Positions 9,663 to 19,830 of a stretch of 64,000 nucleotides of DNA are shown in pieces. Location: contig CAWHTE010000001.1 of the NCBI GenBank assembly GCA_963832165.1, positions 672,001 through 736,000 on the forward strand, in the 5' to 3' direction. The stretch is from an uncultured delta proteobacterium (GTDB lineage: Bacteria > Myxococcota_A > UBA9160 > SMWR01). The position numbers and the translations under genes were made by a program. Below the pieces are notes generated by a model that searched no databases, was not told the origin of the DNA, and saw nothing but the letters and a program-made list of their open reading frames with translations. Within the stretch, counting starts at the first letter, position 1. Each line of letters begins with the position of its first letter.

Positions 9663-10466
9663 TCAGGCGGCGGGCACCCTGGGCGCCACGCGCGCCGCGC
9701 GCCTGCGTCCCAGGCGCGGAACGTACTTGGGCGTGGTCCCCTGGTATTGGCGGTAGACGTCGCCGAAGTGCGCGACCAGGTCGCGCTCCTCGAGGAATAC
9801 GGCCACGACCATGTACGCGGTGGCGACCACCGCGAACAGCAGATGCCCCGCGCTCATCGTGGGCGTCGACCAGAAGATGATCGCCCACGCGACGTACAGC
9901 GGATGGCGCACGTACGAGTACATGCCCGGGGTCGCGAACGGGTGCGACGTGTACGGCCGCCCGCGAAACGCGAGCCACGCCTGGCGCAGGCCGAACAGGT
10001 CGAAGTGGTCGATCAGCGCGGTCGCGTACAGGAGCAGGATCCAGCCCGAGAAGTACAGCGCGCGCAAGACGAGTACGCCGACCGGGTTCGTCACCGCCCA
10101 GACCGTCCCGCCGATCGGCTGCCAGAACACGAACAGCGCGACGAGCGCGAGTGACGACAGCAGCACGTAGGTCGGACGCTCCGCGGGTTCGGGGACGATC
10201 TTCGTCCATGCGCGCTTGAAGGCGGGCCGCGCCATGACCGAGTGCTGCACCGCGAACAGCGACAAGAGGCCCAGGTTCACCGCGAGCGCGAGACCGAGCG
10301 GCCCGGGCTCGCCCGAATCGATCGTCTTGGGCGCGATGGCGAAGCCCCCGATGAACGCGATCGCATACAGGAAGACCGCGAAGAAGAGCGCGTAGCAGGC
10401 GACGCCCCAGGCGAGGAAGCCGATGCGCTTCACGAGCGGGGCGGAGGTCGTGGTCCGATCGGTCAT
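9663..10466 (-). CDS. mddA: Methanethiol S-methyltransferase MddA-like (ICMT family)
   Basis: FAVQHSVMARPAFK, ERPTYVLLSS, IDHFDLFGLRQ, YVRHPLY, EERDL. Confidence 0.78.
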   Translation of the reverse strand: MTDRTTTSAPLVKRIGFLAWGVACYALFFAVFLYAIAFIGGFAIAPKTIDSGEPGPLGLALAVNLGLLSLFAVQHSVMARPAFKRAWTKIVPEPAERPTYVLLSSLALVALFVFWQPIGGTVWAVTNPVGVLVLRALYFSGWILLLYATALIDHFDLFGLRQAWLAFRGRPYTSHPFATPGMYSYVRHPLYVAWAIIFWSTPTMSAGHLLFAVVATAYMVVAVFLEERDLVAHFGDVYRQYQGTTPKYVPRLGRRRAARVAPRVPAA

Positions 10467-10574
10467 GGCGGGATCTCCTTCGCAGGGGGGATCCTACGCC
10501 TGGGCGTCGGGATCGGCTGCGCAATCCCGGTCAAGATAGCTTGACGATCGGGCCGAGGCCGGCCGGTGCGTTAC

Positions 10575-11033
10575 CTACGCCTCGAGCTGGATCCGCACGA
10601 TCGCGATCTCCTCGCCGAGGAAATCGAACTGATCGGTTCGCAGCCCGGCGCCAGGATCGTAGTCGGCGACGTGGAACACGCGGCGCATGTAGGGCACGCG
10701 GCGCAGGGTCTGCTCGGCGAGCTCGCGGAACTCGTCGGAGCCCGGAGCCACGAGCTCGGCGCGGCCGTCGCAATCGCGACCGCGCAGCCGCACCGCGACG
10801 GGACCGGGCTCGTAGTAGTTGCGCCACCACTGCTTGCGGCGCGCTTCGGAGACCATCACCACGAGGTCGTCGCCGTGGCGCTGATAGCCGACCGGGATGC
10901 TGTAGCGCCGGCCGCTATTGCGTCCGGTGACCGTGAGCAGAACCAGGCCGGGTGAGAGCAGTGGGTGCAACGGCGACCGCAAGAGCGCCGCGATCAGCGG
11001 ATTCAGGCGTGAGAGGACGCCGTCGACCGACAT
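10575..11033 (-). CDS. Deazaflavin (F420)-dependent nitroreductase-family protein (Ddn-like)
   Basis: LLTVTGRNSGRRYSIPV and WWRN motifs. Confidence 0.72.
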   Translation of the reverse strand: MSVDGVLSRLNPLIAALLRSPLHPLLSPGLVLLTVTGRNSGRRYSIPVGYQRHGDDLVVMVSEARRKQWWRNYYEPGPVAVRLRGRDCDGRAELVAPGSDEFRELAEQTLRRVPYMRRVFHVADYDPGAGLRTDQFDFLGEEIAIVRIQLEA

Positions 11034-11875
11034 GCAGCTAGTCGCGTGCGGCCGCGCGCTTCCGCGAGCAGCTGCTCCGTGGTCACGCAGCGGTCGCCGT
11101 TCTTGAGCTCACCCGTGAAGTGCACGGGCCGGAGCACGCGGTCGAGGTAGCCCGGGCCCTCGGCGGTCGGTACGAACCAGCCGGTCGGGCACATGGTGAG
11201 GATCTCGACGAACGAGAAGCCGCGCCGCGCGAGCTGGGTCTCGAACGCGCGCCGCACCATCGCCTTGGTCTTCACCACCGAGGTCGCGTCGTGAACGCTG
11301 CCGCGCGCGGCGTAGGCGGTGCCGCCGAGAGGCGCGATCAGGTCGGCGATCCGGATCGGGTGGCCGTGATAGGCGGCGTCGCGTCCCTCGAGCGTGTTCT
11401 TGGTGCGCTGGCCGATCGCCGTGGTGGCGGTCATGTGCCCGCCGGTCTCGCCGAACACGCCGTTGTTGATCAGCACGCACGTGACCGACTCGCCGCGCGC
11501 CGCGGTGTGGATCACCTCCTGGAGTCCCTCGTTCACCATGTCGCCGTCGCCCTGAAGCGTGAAGATCAGCGTCTCGGGGCGCATGCGCTTCGCCCCGGTC
11601 GCAACCGACGGTGCGCGGCCGTGCAGCGCCTGGACCAGGTCGACGTCCATCGTGCTCGTGAACGCCGTGTAGCAGCCGATCCCGATCACGCCGATCGCCT
11701 TCTCCGCGCAGCCGAGCTCTTCGATCACCTCGAGCAGCAGGCGGATCGCGACCGGCTCGCCGCAGCCCGGGCACAGGTCGTGGTCCTCGGAGAGGAGCAG
11801 GCGCGGCTTGAAGTGGCCGAGGCGGCGCGCCGGCTCGCTCGGCGGCCGGTCGATCGGAACCACCCGTCCACTCAT
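11003..11875 (-). CDS. 2-oxoacid:ferredoxin oxidoreductase beta (TPP) subunit
   Basis: CPGCGE, GIGC, HGRAP, QGDGD, NNGVFGETGG, CPTGW; the true stop may be TAG at 11038 if one G is an error. Confidence 0.9.
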   Translation of the reverse strand: MSGRVVPIDRPPSEPARRLGHFKPRLLLSEDHDLCPGCGEPVAIRLLLEVIEELGCAEKAIGVIGIGCYTAFTSTMDVDLVQALHGRAPSVATGAKRMRPETLIFTLQGDGDMVNEGLQEVIHTAARGESVTCVLINNGVFGETGGHMTATTAIGQRTKNTLEGRDAAYHGHPIRIADLIAPLGGTAYAARGSVHDATSVVKTKAMVRRAFETQLARRGFSFVEILTMCPTGWFVPTAEGPGYLDRVLRPVHFTGELKNGDRCVTTEQLLAEARGRTRLAACRSTASSHA

Positions 11876-12933
11876 CGCATCGCCCCCTCGACGCGCCGTC
11901 GCACGTCGCCGGGCGAGTAGATGTCGCCCACGCCGAAGCCGGCCTCGTCGCTCGAGATCCCGCCAATCGCGTCGACCGGCACCGCTCCGAGCACGGCGAG
12001 CCGGACGTCGTCGATCATCTGACCCGCGTTCTGCTCGAGCACCGCGATCCGGCGCGCGCCCGCGGCCGTGCGCGCGAGCGCCTCGGCCGGGAACGGCCAC
12101 AGCGTGATCGGGCGGAACAGTCCCACGCGCACGCCCTCGGCGCGCAGCTCGCGCACCGCGTTGCGCGCGAAGCGCGCGAGCGAGCCGAACGCGACGATCA
12201 CGAGATCGGCGTCGGCGCAGTCGGTGGCCTCGAAGCGCTGCTCCGCGCGCGCGATCGCGTCGGTCTTGTCGGCGAGGCGCTGCCAGAACTTCTCGGGCTC
12301 GATGCCCTTCACGCCCTTGCGCATGCCGATCGGGTTCACGTTGCGCGAGCGGCCGGTGCCGCCGAGCGAGCCGTCGACGGCCCAGTCCTTCGCGGGCAGC
12401 GGGCCGAAGTCGATCGCGGAGACGTCCACCGACTCCGAGGTGTGCGCGAGCAGGAAGTCGCCGTAGATCGACACCGGATTGCGCCAGCGATCGGCGAGAT
12501 GGAACGCGAGCTGGGTGAGCTCCACCGCCTCTCGCACGTCGATCGGCGCGAGCACGACGTAGCGATAGTCGCCGTGACCCCCGCCGCGCGTGGCCTGGAA
12601 GTAGTCGTACTGCCCGCGCGCCATGTGGAACAACACGAGCGGCAGCTCGGCGCGCGTGATCTCGGACAGCGACTCCTGCATCAGGGCGATGCCCTGACCC
12701 GTGGATCCGGTGGCCGCGCGCGCGCCCGTCGCGAGCGCGCCCCACGCCATGCCGATCGCCTCGAGCTCGCTCTCGGCGTTGATGCATACACCGCCTTGCT
12801 CGGGCAAGAGCGCCGCGAAGCCTTCCAGGAGCTCCGTGAACGGCGTCATCGGATAGCCCGCGAAGAAGCGGCAGCCGGCCGCGAGCGCGGAGCGCGCGAT
12901 CGCCTCGGAGCCTTCGAGCAATGCGCGTGTCAC
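11872..12933 (-). CDS. 2-oxoacid:ferredoxin oxidoreductase alpha subunit (VorB-like)
   Basis: GSEAIA...FFAGYPMTP, ESELEA, EQNAGQ; GTG overlapping the upstream TGA. Confidence 0.9.
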   Translation of the reverse strand: MTRALLEGSEAIARSALAAGCRFFAGYPMTPFTELLEGFAALLPEQGGVCINAESELEAIGMAWGALATGARAATGSTGQGIALMQESLSEITRAELPLVLFHMARGQYDYFQATRGGGHGDYRYVVLAPIDVREAVELTQLAFHLADRWRNPVSIYGDFLLAHTSESVDVSAIDFGPLPAKDWAVDGSLGGTGRSRNVNPIGMRKGVKGIEPEKFWQRLADKTDAIARAEQRFEATDCADADLVIVAFGSLARFARNAVRELRAEGVRVGLFRPITLWPFPAEALARTAAGARRIAVLEQNAGQMIDDVRLAVLGAVPVDAIGGISSDEAGFGVGDIYSPGDVRRRVEGAMR

Positions 12934-13184
12934 GACGTCACCTCGATCTCGTGAGTGATCGGCGTCTCGTACTGGTAGATCTCGAAGCAGAAGTCCGGGC
13001 ACACGAGCAGGCAGGCGCCGCAGCCCGTGCAGCCGGGCAGCAGCTCCGGGATCGCATAGCCGTTGGCGTTGCGCGTCTCCGACATGCGCAGCACGCGAGG
13101 CGGACACGCGGGAATGCACAGCTCGCAGCCCTTGCAGCGCTCGGCCTCGAGCGTGACCGTGCCGCGGCTCACCACGACGCTCAT
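12930..13184 (-). CDS. 2x[4Fe-4S] ferredoxin (delta subunit)
   Basis: CKGCELCIPACP and CTGCGACLLVCP. Confidence 0.92.
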   Translation of the reverse strand: MSVVVSRGTVTLEAERCKGCELCIPACPPRVLRMSETRNANGYAIPELLPGCTGCGACLLVCPDFCFEIYQYETPITHEIEVTS

Positions 13185-13762
13185 GCGGCCCTCTCTGTTC
13201 GCGGCCACGCGGGCTCCAGTCCGTCCGGCAGCGCCGCGAAGCCCGCGCGCAACGCGCGTTCGTTCAGCTCGCGGTGCTGGCGGCGCCGCTCCGGCAGCGA
13301 CGCGTCGAGGCCCGCGATCAGCGCGTCGAACGCCACGAGCCCGGTGAGTCGCACGAATGCGCCAACCAGCACGAGCGCACCCGCGAGCGCGCTGCCGCTC
13401 TCGCTGGCGAGCTGCGTCGCGGACACGCCGTACACGTGCCAGTGATCGCCTTCGATCGGCTCCGCGAACAGCGAGGCGTTCGCGACCACGACCGATCCCG
13501 CGGTCAGCTTTGCGGCCACGTGTGGAAAGTACGCGGGGTGCATCGCGATCGTGGACCACGCGCGCGACACGATCGGCGGCGCGCCGACCGGTTCATCGGC
13601 GACGACGAGCGTCGCGTCGGTGGGACCGTTGCGCATCGTTCCACCGTACGATCCGAACAGCATCACCTCGCGCCCTTCGGCAAGCGCCGCGCGCGCGAGT
13701 ACCTGTGCTGCGAGCTGGATGCCCTGACCGCCGATGCCCGTGAACAGGATCTCGCGCTCCAT
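13181..13762 (-). CDS. 2-oxoacid:ferredoxin oxidoreductase gamma subunit
   Basis: MEREILFTGIGGQG, SYGGTMRNG. Confidence 0.9.
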   Translation of the reverse strand: MEREILFTGIGGQGIQLAAQVLARAALAEGREVMLFGSYGGTMRNGPTDATLVVADEPVGAPPIVSRAWSTIAMHPAYFPHVAAKLTAGSVVVANASLFAEPIEGDHWHVYGVSATQLASESGSALAGALVLVGAFVRLTGLVAFDALIAGLDASLPERRRQHRELNERALRAGFAALPDGLEPAWPRTERAA

Positions 13763-13764
13763 TT

Positions 13765-14391
13765 TCAGGATGGCCTCCGCAGCGCCGCGAGCGAGAACTC
13801 GACCAGGTGCTCGGCCTCGGCGCGCGATGCGGGCTCGCGCCGCGACAGCACGCGCTGCACCCATCCCATCGCGAGCGTGTGGATCGCATCCGCGTCGCGC
13901 TCGGGATCGGCGCCCGGCAGCTCACCGCTTCGAACCGCCTCTGCAATCGCGGTGCGGAGCGGCCCCATGAGCTCGCGCTCCGACGCCTCGACCTCGTCCG
14001 GGAACAGATCCGAGAGCCGCGCGCGCGACACCGCGAAGGGTCGGGTGGCCGTGGCTGCGTCGCCCTGCAGTGCCTGCTCGAGCACGCCGCCGATCCACGC
14101 GCGGATCTTCGCCTCGGCGCCCTGTGCGCTCTCGACGCGATGGGCCAGATAGCTCGCGAGCAGCCGGAAGCCCTCGTCGAGCACGCCGAGCAGCAGCTCG
14201 TCCTTCGAGTGGAAGTGGCGGTAGAAGGCCTGATTCGAGAGGCCCGCGCGCTCGACGATCGACGCCACGCTGGGCTCGAGCGAGCCGGTCTCGCGGATCA
14301 GCTCGAAGCTCGCCGCCACGAGCCGCCGCACCGCGTCGTCGTGGCTCGCCTCGCGGCTCGCGAGGGCGCGCCGCGCGGAGCGCGCGGCCAC
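13765..14391 (-). CDS. TetR family regulator (start uncertain; alternative GTG at 14460)
   Basis: SVASIVERAGLSNQAFYRHFHSKDELL HTH. Confidence 0.88.
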   Translation of the reverse strand: MAARSARRALASREASHDDAVRRLVAASFELIRETGSLEPSVASIVERAGLSNQAFYRHFHSKDELLLGVLDEGFRLLASYLAHRVESAQGAEAKIRAWIGGVLEQALQGDAATATRPFAVSRARLSDLFPDEVEASERELMGPLRTAIAEAVRSGELPGADPERDADAIHTLAMGWVQRVLSRREPASRAEAEHLVEFSLAALRRPS

Positions 14392-14444
14392 GGGGCCCAG
14401 ATGAGCGCGGGGACGCTCGGAGGGCGGTGTGTTCTTTGTTTTAG

Positions 14445-14477
14445 GAACTGTATTCTTCACTTCAAGAATGGTATTCT
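14445..14477. promoter_or_regulatory. Tandem operator-like palindromes upstream of tetR
   Basis: GAACTGTATTC (14445-14455) and AGAATGGTATTCT (14465-14477), 21 bp apart, in an AT-rich island. Confidence 0.55.
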
Positions 14478-14513
14478 GGATCGGTGCTGGACGCAAGGAC
14501 TCGTTCTCCCGCC

Positions 14514-15995
14514 CTACGAAGAGAGTCGCTCGACGAGCAACGCGCGCTGCACCTGGCCGGTCGCGGCTGTGCGAGGCAGGGCCGCCACACATTCGAGCCG
14601 CCGCGGCTTCTTGAAGCTCGCGAGCCGTCCCTCGCAGTGGCGCTGCAGCGCCTCGAGCGTGGGCACGGCGCCCGGCCGCGCCACGACCACGGCGCACACC
14701 ACTTCGCCCCAGGTGCGGTCGGGGAGGCCGATCACCGCGATCTCCGCGACGTCGGGATGCGTCGCGAGCCACGCCTCGACTTCGGCCGGCGCAATGCTCT
14801 CGCCGCCGGAGCGGATCAGCTCCTTCTTGCGGCCGACCACGTGCAGATAGCCCTCGGTGTCGAGCTCGCCGAGGTCGCCTGTCTGGTACCAGCCCTCGCG
14901 CAGCGCCGCGTTCGTCGCGGCGGCATCGCCGAAATAACCATCGAACAGATATGCGCTGCGCAGCAGGACCTCGCCGTCGGCGGAGAGCCGCAGATCGACA
15001 CCGGGCGACGCCGGACCGACGCTGCCCGGCTTGCGCAGCACATCGGCGTCGGGCAGCGTGGTGCCCGAGCCGGACTCGGTCGATCCGTAGTAGATCCGCG
15101 TGGCGCTGTGCGGGAATCGCTCCTTGAGCGCGCGCACGAGCTCGATCGGAACTGCCGAGGTCCCCGTGTCTGCCTCGCGCAGACTCGACGTGTCGTACTT
15201 CCCGGGCTTGGCCTCGAGGATGCGCGCCCACACGGCCGGGATCGCGTAGAGGCGATTCGCGCGCCGTCGCTCGACCGCGGCCAGCAGCTCGTCGGCGTTG
15301 GCCGATTCGACCAGCGCGATCTCGCCGCGCGTCTGCCACGCCGCGATCGCGAGCGTGAACCCGGCCATGTGAAACAGCGGGAACATGCACACCGAGCGCT
15401 CGGGCACGTCGCGGAACACGCCCTGGAAGCCGCGCAGATAGTTGGCGCGATGCGAGAGCACGACGCCCTTGGGCCGGCCCGTGCTGCCGCTCGTGAAGAA
15501 GAGCACGTGGGGATCGGTCTCGCGCAGCGCGGCGGACGGAGCGGGCGCGGCCTTCGCGCTGCCGAGCGCGTCGAGCGAGAGATCGATGCCGGGCCCCGCC
15601 CCGCCACCGATCCGCGCGAGATCGGGGATGCCCGCGCCGGCGAGGATTGCGTGCGCGGCCTCGGCGCGTGCGGCGTCGGCGACCAGCAGACGCGCGCGCG
15701 CGAGTGCGGCGACGGGCTGCGCCTCGTCGGGGCCGTGGCGCGCGTTCAGCGGCGCAAAGACGGCGCCGAGCTTCGCGCACGCGACGAACAGCGGCAGCAC
15801 TTCGAGCGCGGTGTCGGCCCAGACGAGCACGCGATCGCCGTGTGCGATCCCGAGTCCCGCGAGCGCAGTCGCGAGCCGATTCGCCGCACCGTCGAGCTGG
15901 GCGTAACTGAGCGTGCGCGCGCCGAGCGAGGCCGCCGCGGCGTTCGGCACCACTTCCGCGTTGCGCCGCACGATGTCGCCGATCAACATGTCCAC
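14514..15995 (-). CDS. Acyl-CoA synthetase (AMP-binding)
   Basis: FTSGSTGRPKG, YGSTE, TGDLG, GRKKELIRSGGE. Confidence 0.93.
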   Translation of the reverse strand: MDMLIGDIVRRNAEVVPNAAAASLGARTLSYAQLDGAANRLATALAGLGIAHGDRVLVWADTALEVLPLFVACAKLGAVFAPLNARHGPDEAQPVAALARARLLVADAARAEAAHAILAGAGIPDLARIGGGAGPGIDLSLDALGSAKAAPAPSAALRETDPHVLFFTSGSTGRPKGVVLSHRANYLRGFQGVFRDVPERSVCMFPLFHMAGFTLAIAAWQTRGEIALVESANADELLAAVERRRANRLYAIPAVWARILEAKPGKYDTSSLREADTGTSAVPIELVRALKERFPHSATRIYYGSTESGSGTTLPDADVLRKPGSVGPASPGVDLRLSADGEVLLRSAYLFDGYFGDAAATNAALREGWYQTGDLGELDTEGYLHVVGRKKELIRSGGESIAPAEVEAWLATHPDVAEIAVIGLPDRTWGEVVCAVVVARPGAVPTLEALQRHCEGRLASFKKPRRLECVAALPRTAATGQVQRALLVERLSS

Positions 15996-16036
15996 GGGCG
16001 GAAGCTTGCCCGCGCCCGCGCCGGAGGGAAAGCGCT

Positions 16037-16978
16037 GTGACCGACGAGCGCGAAGTCCGCATCCTCTCCCACGTCCCGGTTCCGATGCTCGCGCGGGTCG
16101 GCGAGCGCTTCCCGAAGGCGAGCGTGATCGCGATCCCCGATCGCGGCGACGTCCCGCCCGAGGTCCGCGGCGACGTGCTGCTCACGATGGCCTGGGGCAG
16201 CCCCAATCTCGCGCAGGTGCTCGAGCGCGGTGTGCGCTGGGTTCACGCCTACGGCACCGGCGTCAACGCGTTTCCGTTTCAGGAGCTGCGCGGAATCCCG
16301 CTCACGTGCTCGCGCGGCGCCAGCGCGATCCCGATCTCGGAATGGGTGATGGCCATGCTGCTCGCGGCGGAGAAACGGCTGCCGGAGTCGTGGATCCACG
16401 ACGTGCCCGAGCGCTGGAACATCTTCGATCTCGGCGGGCTGTACGGCCGCACGCTCGGTCTGCTCGGCCTCGGCGGGATCGCGCAGGCGACCGCACAGCG
16501 CGCGCTCGCATTCGGAATGACCGTGATCGCTCACCGGCGGACGCCCCAGCCGAGCCCGATCGCCGGAGTCGAGATGGTCGACTTCGACGCGCTGCTCGCG
16601 CGCTCCGATCATCTCGTGATCGCGGCTCCCGCCACGCGCGAGACGCATCACGTGATCGGGCGCTCTGCGCTCGCGCAGATCAAGCCCGGCGTGCACCTCG
16701 TCAACATCGCGCGCGGCGGGCTCGTCGATCAGGACGCGCTGCGCGAGGCGCTCGACGACGGTCGCGTGAAGCTCGCCTCGCTCGACACCGTCGACCCCGA
16801 GCCGCTGCCCGCGGGCCACTGGCTGTTCACCCATCCGCGCGTGCGTCTCTCGCCGCACTGCTCGTGGGCTGGACCGGGCGCGCTCGATCGCCTGCTCGAC
16901 TCCTTCCTCGAAAACCTCGCGCACTGGCTCGCGGGCGAGCCCCTGGAAGGGGTCGTCGACGTCGAGCTCGGCTACTGA
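16037..16978 (+). CDS. D-2-hydroxyacid dehydrogenase family protein
   Basis: GLGGIA, NIARG, LDTVDPEPLP, SPH. Confidence 0.9.
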   Translation: MTDEREVRILSHVPVPMLARVGERFPKASVIAIPDRGDVPPEVRGDVLLTMAWGSPNLAQVLERGVRWVHAYGTGVNAFPFQELRGIPLTCSRGASAIPISEWVMAMLLAAEKRLPESWIHDVPERWNIFDLGGLYGRTLGLLGLGGIAQATAQRALAFGMTVIAHRRTPQPSPIAGVEMVDFDALLARSDHLVIAAPATRETHHVIGRSALAQIKPGVHLVNIARGGLVDQDALREALDDGRVKLASLDTVDPEPLPAGHWLFTHPRVRLSPHCSWAGPGALDRLLDSFLENLAHWLAGEPLEGVVDVELGY

Positions 16979-16991
16979 TCGGAGGAACCCC

Positions 16992-17315
16992 ATGGCGGAA
17001 ATCACCGAGCCGCTCGGCGACGTCGCGTCGAAGCTCCTGTTCGAGAACGAGCGCGTGAAGATCTGGGAGATGCGGCTCGCGCCGGGCGAGGAGGGACCGC
17101 TGCACCGCCACGAACGCGATCACATCCTCGTGCAGATCGACGGCGATCGCATGGCGGTCGTGCCGCACGCGACGACGAAGAGCCCCTACGACGAATATCT
17201 CGAGGCCGATGTCGTTCCTGGGCAATACTTCTACATTCCGCGCGGCGGCGTCGAGGTGGCGCGCAACGTGGGAAGCAAGGCCTACTACGAGATCTTGATC
17301 GAGCTGAAGGACTAG
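16992..17315 (+). CDS. Cupin domain protein
   Basis: LLFENERVKIWEMRLAPGEEGPLHRH; GGAGG SD. Confidence 0.8.
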   Translation: MAEITEPLGDVASKLLFENERVKIWEMRLAPGEEGPLHRHERDHILVQIDGDRMAVVPHATTKSPYDEYLEADVVPGQYFYIPRGGVEVARNVGSKAYYEILIELKD

Positions 17316-17324
17316 GAGGACAGC

Positions 17325-18317
17325 ATGAGCGGGCAATATCGGATCTTCGGGGCCGAGGTGTCGCCGTACTCGGTGAAGGTGCGCTCCTACTTCCGCTACA
17401 AGCAGATCCCTCACGAGTGGATCGTGCGCGGGCCCGCGTCGGCGGCCGAATACCAGAAGTACGCGAAGCTGCCGATCATCCCGCTCGTGGTCTCACCCGA
17501 TCTCGAGGCGATGCAGGACTCGACGCCGATCCTCGAGCAGCTCGAGCAGCGCTTCCCCGAGCCGTCGATCCATCCCGACGATCCGATCGCGGCGTTCGTC
17601 TCGACGCTGCTCGAGGAGTTCGGCGACGAGTGGGGCAACAAGTGGATGTTCCACTACCGCTGGGCGCGCGAGGCCGATCAGATCTCCGCATCGGAGCGGA
17701 TCGGCGCCGCGATGTCGGACGCGTCCGGCGATGCGCTCGCGGGCGTAGCGGCCGGGATCCGCGAGCGCATGGTCGGCCGCGTCTGGTTCGTCGGCAGCAA
17801 TGCGCAGACTGCGCCGCAGATCGAGGAGGGGTTCCAGGCTGCGATCGCGCAGATCGAGAAGCACCTCGCGGGACGGCCGTATCTGTTCGGAGCGCGTCCC
17901 GCGTTCGGCGATTTCGGCATGTGGGGCCAGATCTACAACGCGCTCACCGATCCGACGCCGGGCGCGCTCCTTCGCGCGCGTGCGCCGAAGGTCGTCGCGT
18001 GGTGCGAGCGCATGCTCGATCCCAAGGCCGAAGGGCCGTTCGAATCGTGGGCGAGTCTCGCGCCGACGCTCGAGCCGCTGCTCGCGGAGCAGGTCGGGCG
18101 CCGCTTCCTGCCGTGGTCGCACGCGAATGCGGCCGCGATCGCGCAGGGCGCCGAGGAGTTCAGCGTCGAGCTCGCGGGCCGCGCCTGGACCCAGAAGCCG
18201 CAGAAGTACCACGCGAAGTCGCTGAAGGCGCTGCGCGAGAAGTACGCGGCAGCCGCGAGCGCACCGCTCGATCGCGCGCTCGAAAAGGTCGGCTGCCTCG
18301 AGGGCCTGCGCGCCTGA
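17325..18317 (+). CDS. Glutathione S-transferase family protein
   Basis: SPYSVKVRSY, IIP, QDSTPI, YLFGARPAFGDF. Confidence 0.87.
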   Translation: MSGQYRIFGAEVSPYSVKVRSYFRYKQIPHEWIVRGPASAAEYQKYAKLPIIPLVVSPDLEAMQDSTPILEQLEQRFPEPSIHPDDPIAAFVSTLLEEFGDEWGNKWMFHYRWAREADQISASERIGAAMSDASGDALAGVAAGIRERMVGRVWFVGSNAQTAPQIEEGFQAAIAQIEKHLAGRPYLFGARPAFGDFGMWGQIYNALTDPTPGALLRARAPKVVAWCERMLDPKAEGPFESWASLAPTLEPLLAEQVGRRFLPWSHANAAAIAQGAEEFSVELAGRAWTQKPQKYHAKSLKALREKYAAAASAPLDRALEKVGCLEGLRA

Positions 18318-18359
18318 GCCGCGGAAGGCGGGATCCGCCTTCGGCTCCTCCCGCCCTAC
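18316..18359 (-). repeat. GTAG-type REP element
   Basis: Reverse strand GTAGGGCGGGAGGAGCCGAAGGCGGATCCCGCCTTCCGCGGCTC; one mismatch to 21293-21336; its TAG is the stop of the acyl-CoA dehydrogenase. Confidence 0.8.
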
Positions 18360-19591
18360 CGCTTCAGCGAGATCCCAGCGCTCTGCGCCTGCTTCTTGAG
18401 CTCGAGCTGTGTGATCGTGCGCCGGTGGACTTCGTCGGGTCCGTCGGCGAGCCGCAGCGTGCGAACGCTCGCCCACGCCTTGGCAAGCCCGAAGTCTTCC
18501 GTCACGCCCGCACCGCCGTGCGCCTGGATCGCGTCGTCGATGATCTTGAGCGCCGCGTTCGGCGCCTTCACCTTGATCATCGCGATCTCGGCGCGCGCCA
18601 CCTTGTTGCCGACCGTGTCCATCATGTGTGCGGCCTTGAGCGTGAGCAGGCGCGAGCACTCGATGTCGATGCGCGCGTCGGCGATCCGCTCCTCCCACAG
18701 GGAGTGTTCGAAGATCCGCTTGCCGAACGCGGTGCGCGTCATGAGCCGCCGGCACATCGCCTCGAGCGCGCGCTCGGCCACTCCGACCACGCGCATGCAG
18801 TGGTGGATGCGTCCGGGCCCGAGCCGGCCCTGCGCGATCTCGAACCCGCGCCCCTCGCCGAGCAGGATGTTGCTCGCGGGGACGCGCACGTTCTCGAACC
18901 GCACCTCGCCGTGGCCATGCGGCGCGTCGTCGAAGCCGAACACCGGGAGGTGACGCTTCACGGTGACGCCGGGCGCGCTCCTCTCGCACAGGATCATGCT
19001 CTGCTGCTGGTGCGCCGGTCCGCCGGGGTCGGTCTTGCCCATCACGATCATGATCTCGCAGCGCGGATCGAGGATCCCCGACGTCCACCACTTGAGGCCG
19101 TTGATCACGTACTCGTCGCCGTCGCGGCGGATCTCGGTGCGGATGTTGGTGGCGTCCGACGAGGCCACCTCGGGCTCGGTCATCGCGAACGCGGAGCGGA
19201 TCCTTCCGTCGAGCAGGGGCTTGAGCCAGCGCTCCTGCTGCGCGGCGTCTCCGTAGCGCGCGAGCACCTCCATGTTGCCGGTGTCGGGCGCCGCGCAGTT
19301 GAACACCTCGGGCGCGAAGCCGACGCCGCCCATCACCTCGCACAGCGGCGCGTACTCGAGATTGGTGAAGCCGGCGCCGTGAGCGCTCTCGGGCAGGAAG
19401 AGGTTCCAGAGCCCGGCCGCGCGCGCCTTCCCCTTGAGCTCCTCGATGATCGGCGGGATCTGCCAGCGATCCGTGCCGAACGACTGCATCTGCTCGTAGT
19501 AGGTCTTCTCGTTGGGGTAGACGTGCTCGCTCATGAAGCTCGAGAGCTTCTCGAGCGCGAACTTCGTCTTGTCGTTGTACTCGAAATCCAC
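18356..19591 (-). CDS. Acyl-CoA dehydrogenase
   Basis: [31 protein letters not shown]. Confidence 0.94.
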   Translation of the reverse strand: MDFEYNDKTKFALEKLSSFMSEHVYPNEKTYYEQMQSFGTDRWQIPPIIEELKGKARAAGLWNLFLPESAHGAGFTNLEYAPLCEVMGGVGFAPEVFNCAAPDTGNMEVLARYGDAAQQERWLKPLLDGRIRSAFAMTEPEVASSDATNIRTEIRRDGDEYVINGLKWWTSGILDPRCEIMIVMGKTDPGGPAHQQQSMILCERSAPGVTVKRHLPVFGFDDAPHGHGEVRFENVRVPASNILLGEGRGFEIAQGRLGPGRIHHCMRVVGVAERALEAMCRRLMTRTAFGKRIFEHSLWEERIADARIDIECSRLLTLKAAHMMDTVGNKVARAEIAMIKVKAPNAALKIIDDAIQAHGGAGVTEDFGLAKAWASVRTLRLADGPDEVHRRTITQLELKKQAQSAGISLKR

Positions 19592-19830
19592 GGCTGGCCT
19601 CCCGGCGCGCTCCGCGCTGTTCGTACGCTAGCCCCGTTCGCCCGGTGCGCGAGGCGTGCGACCGGCGCACATCTCCGAACCAGAACGGCGTTTGATCAGA
19701 AATCTCGAAAAAAACACATTGCGGCGTCGGGTTCGTTCCGGCGCGAGCCGCTTCCCTAAAACCCCGAAATCGCTCGGTGTTCCCGAAGTCGCACCGACGG
19801 GCACGGACTAGCGCGTCCACGACCGGACCG

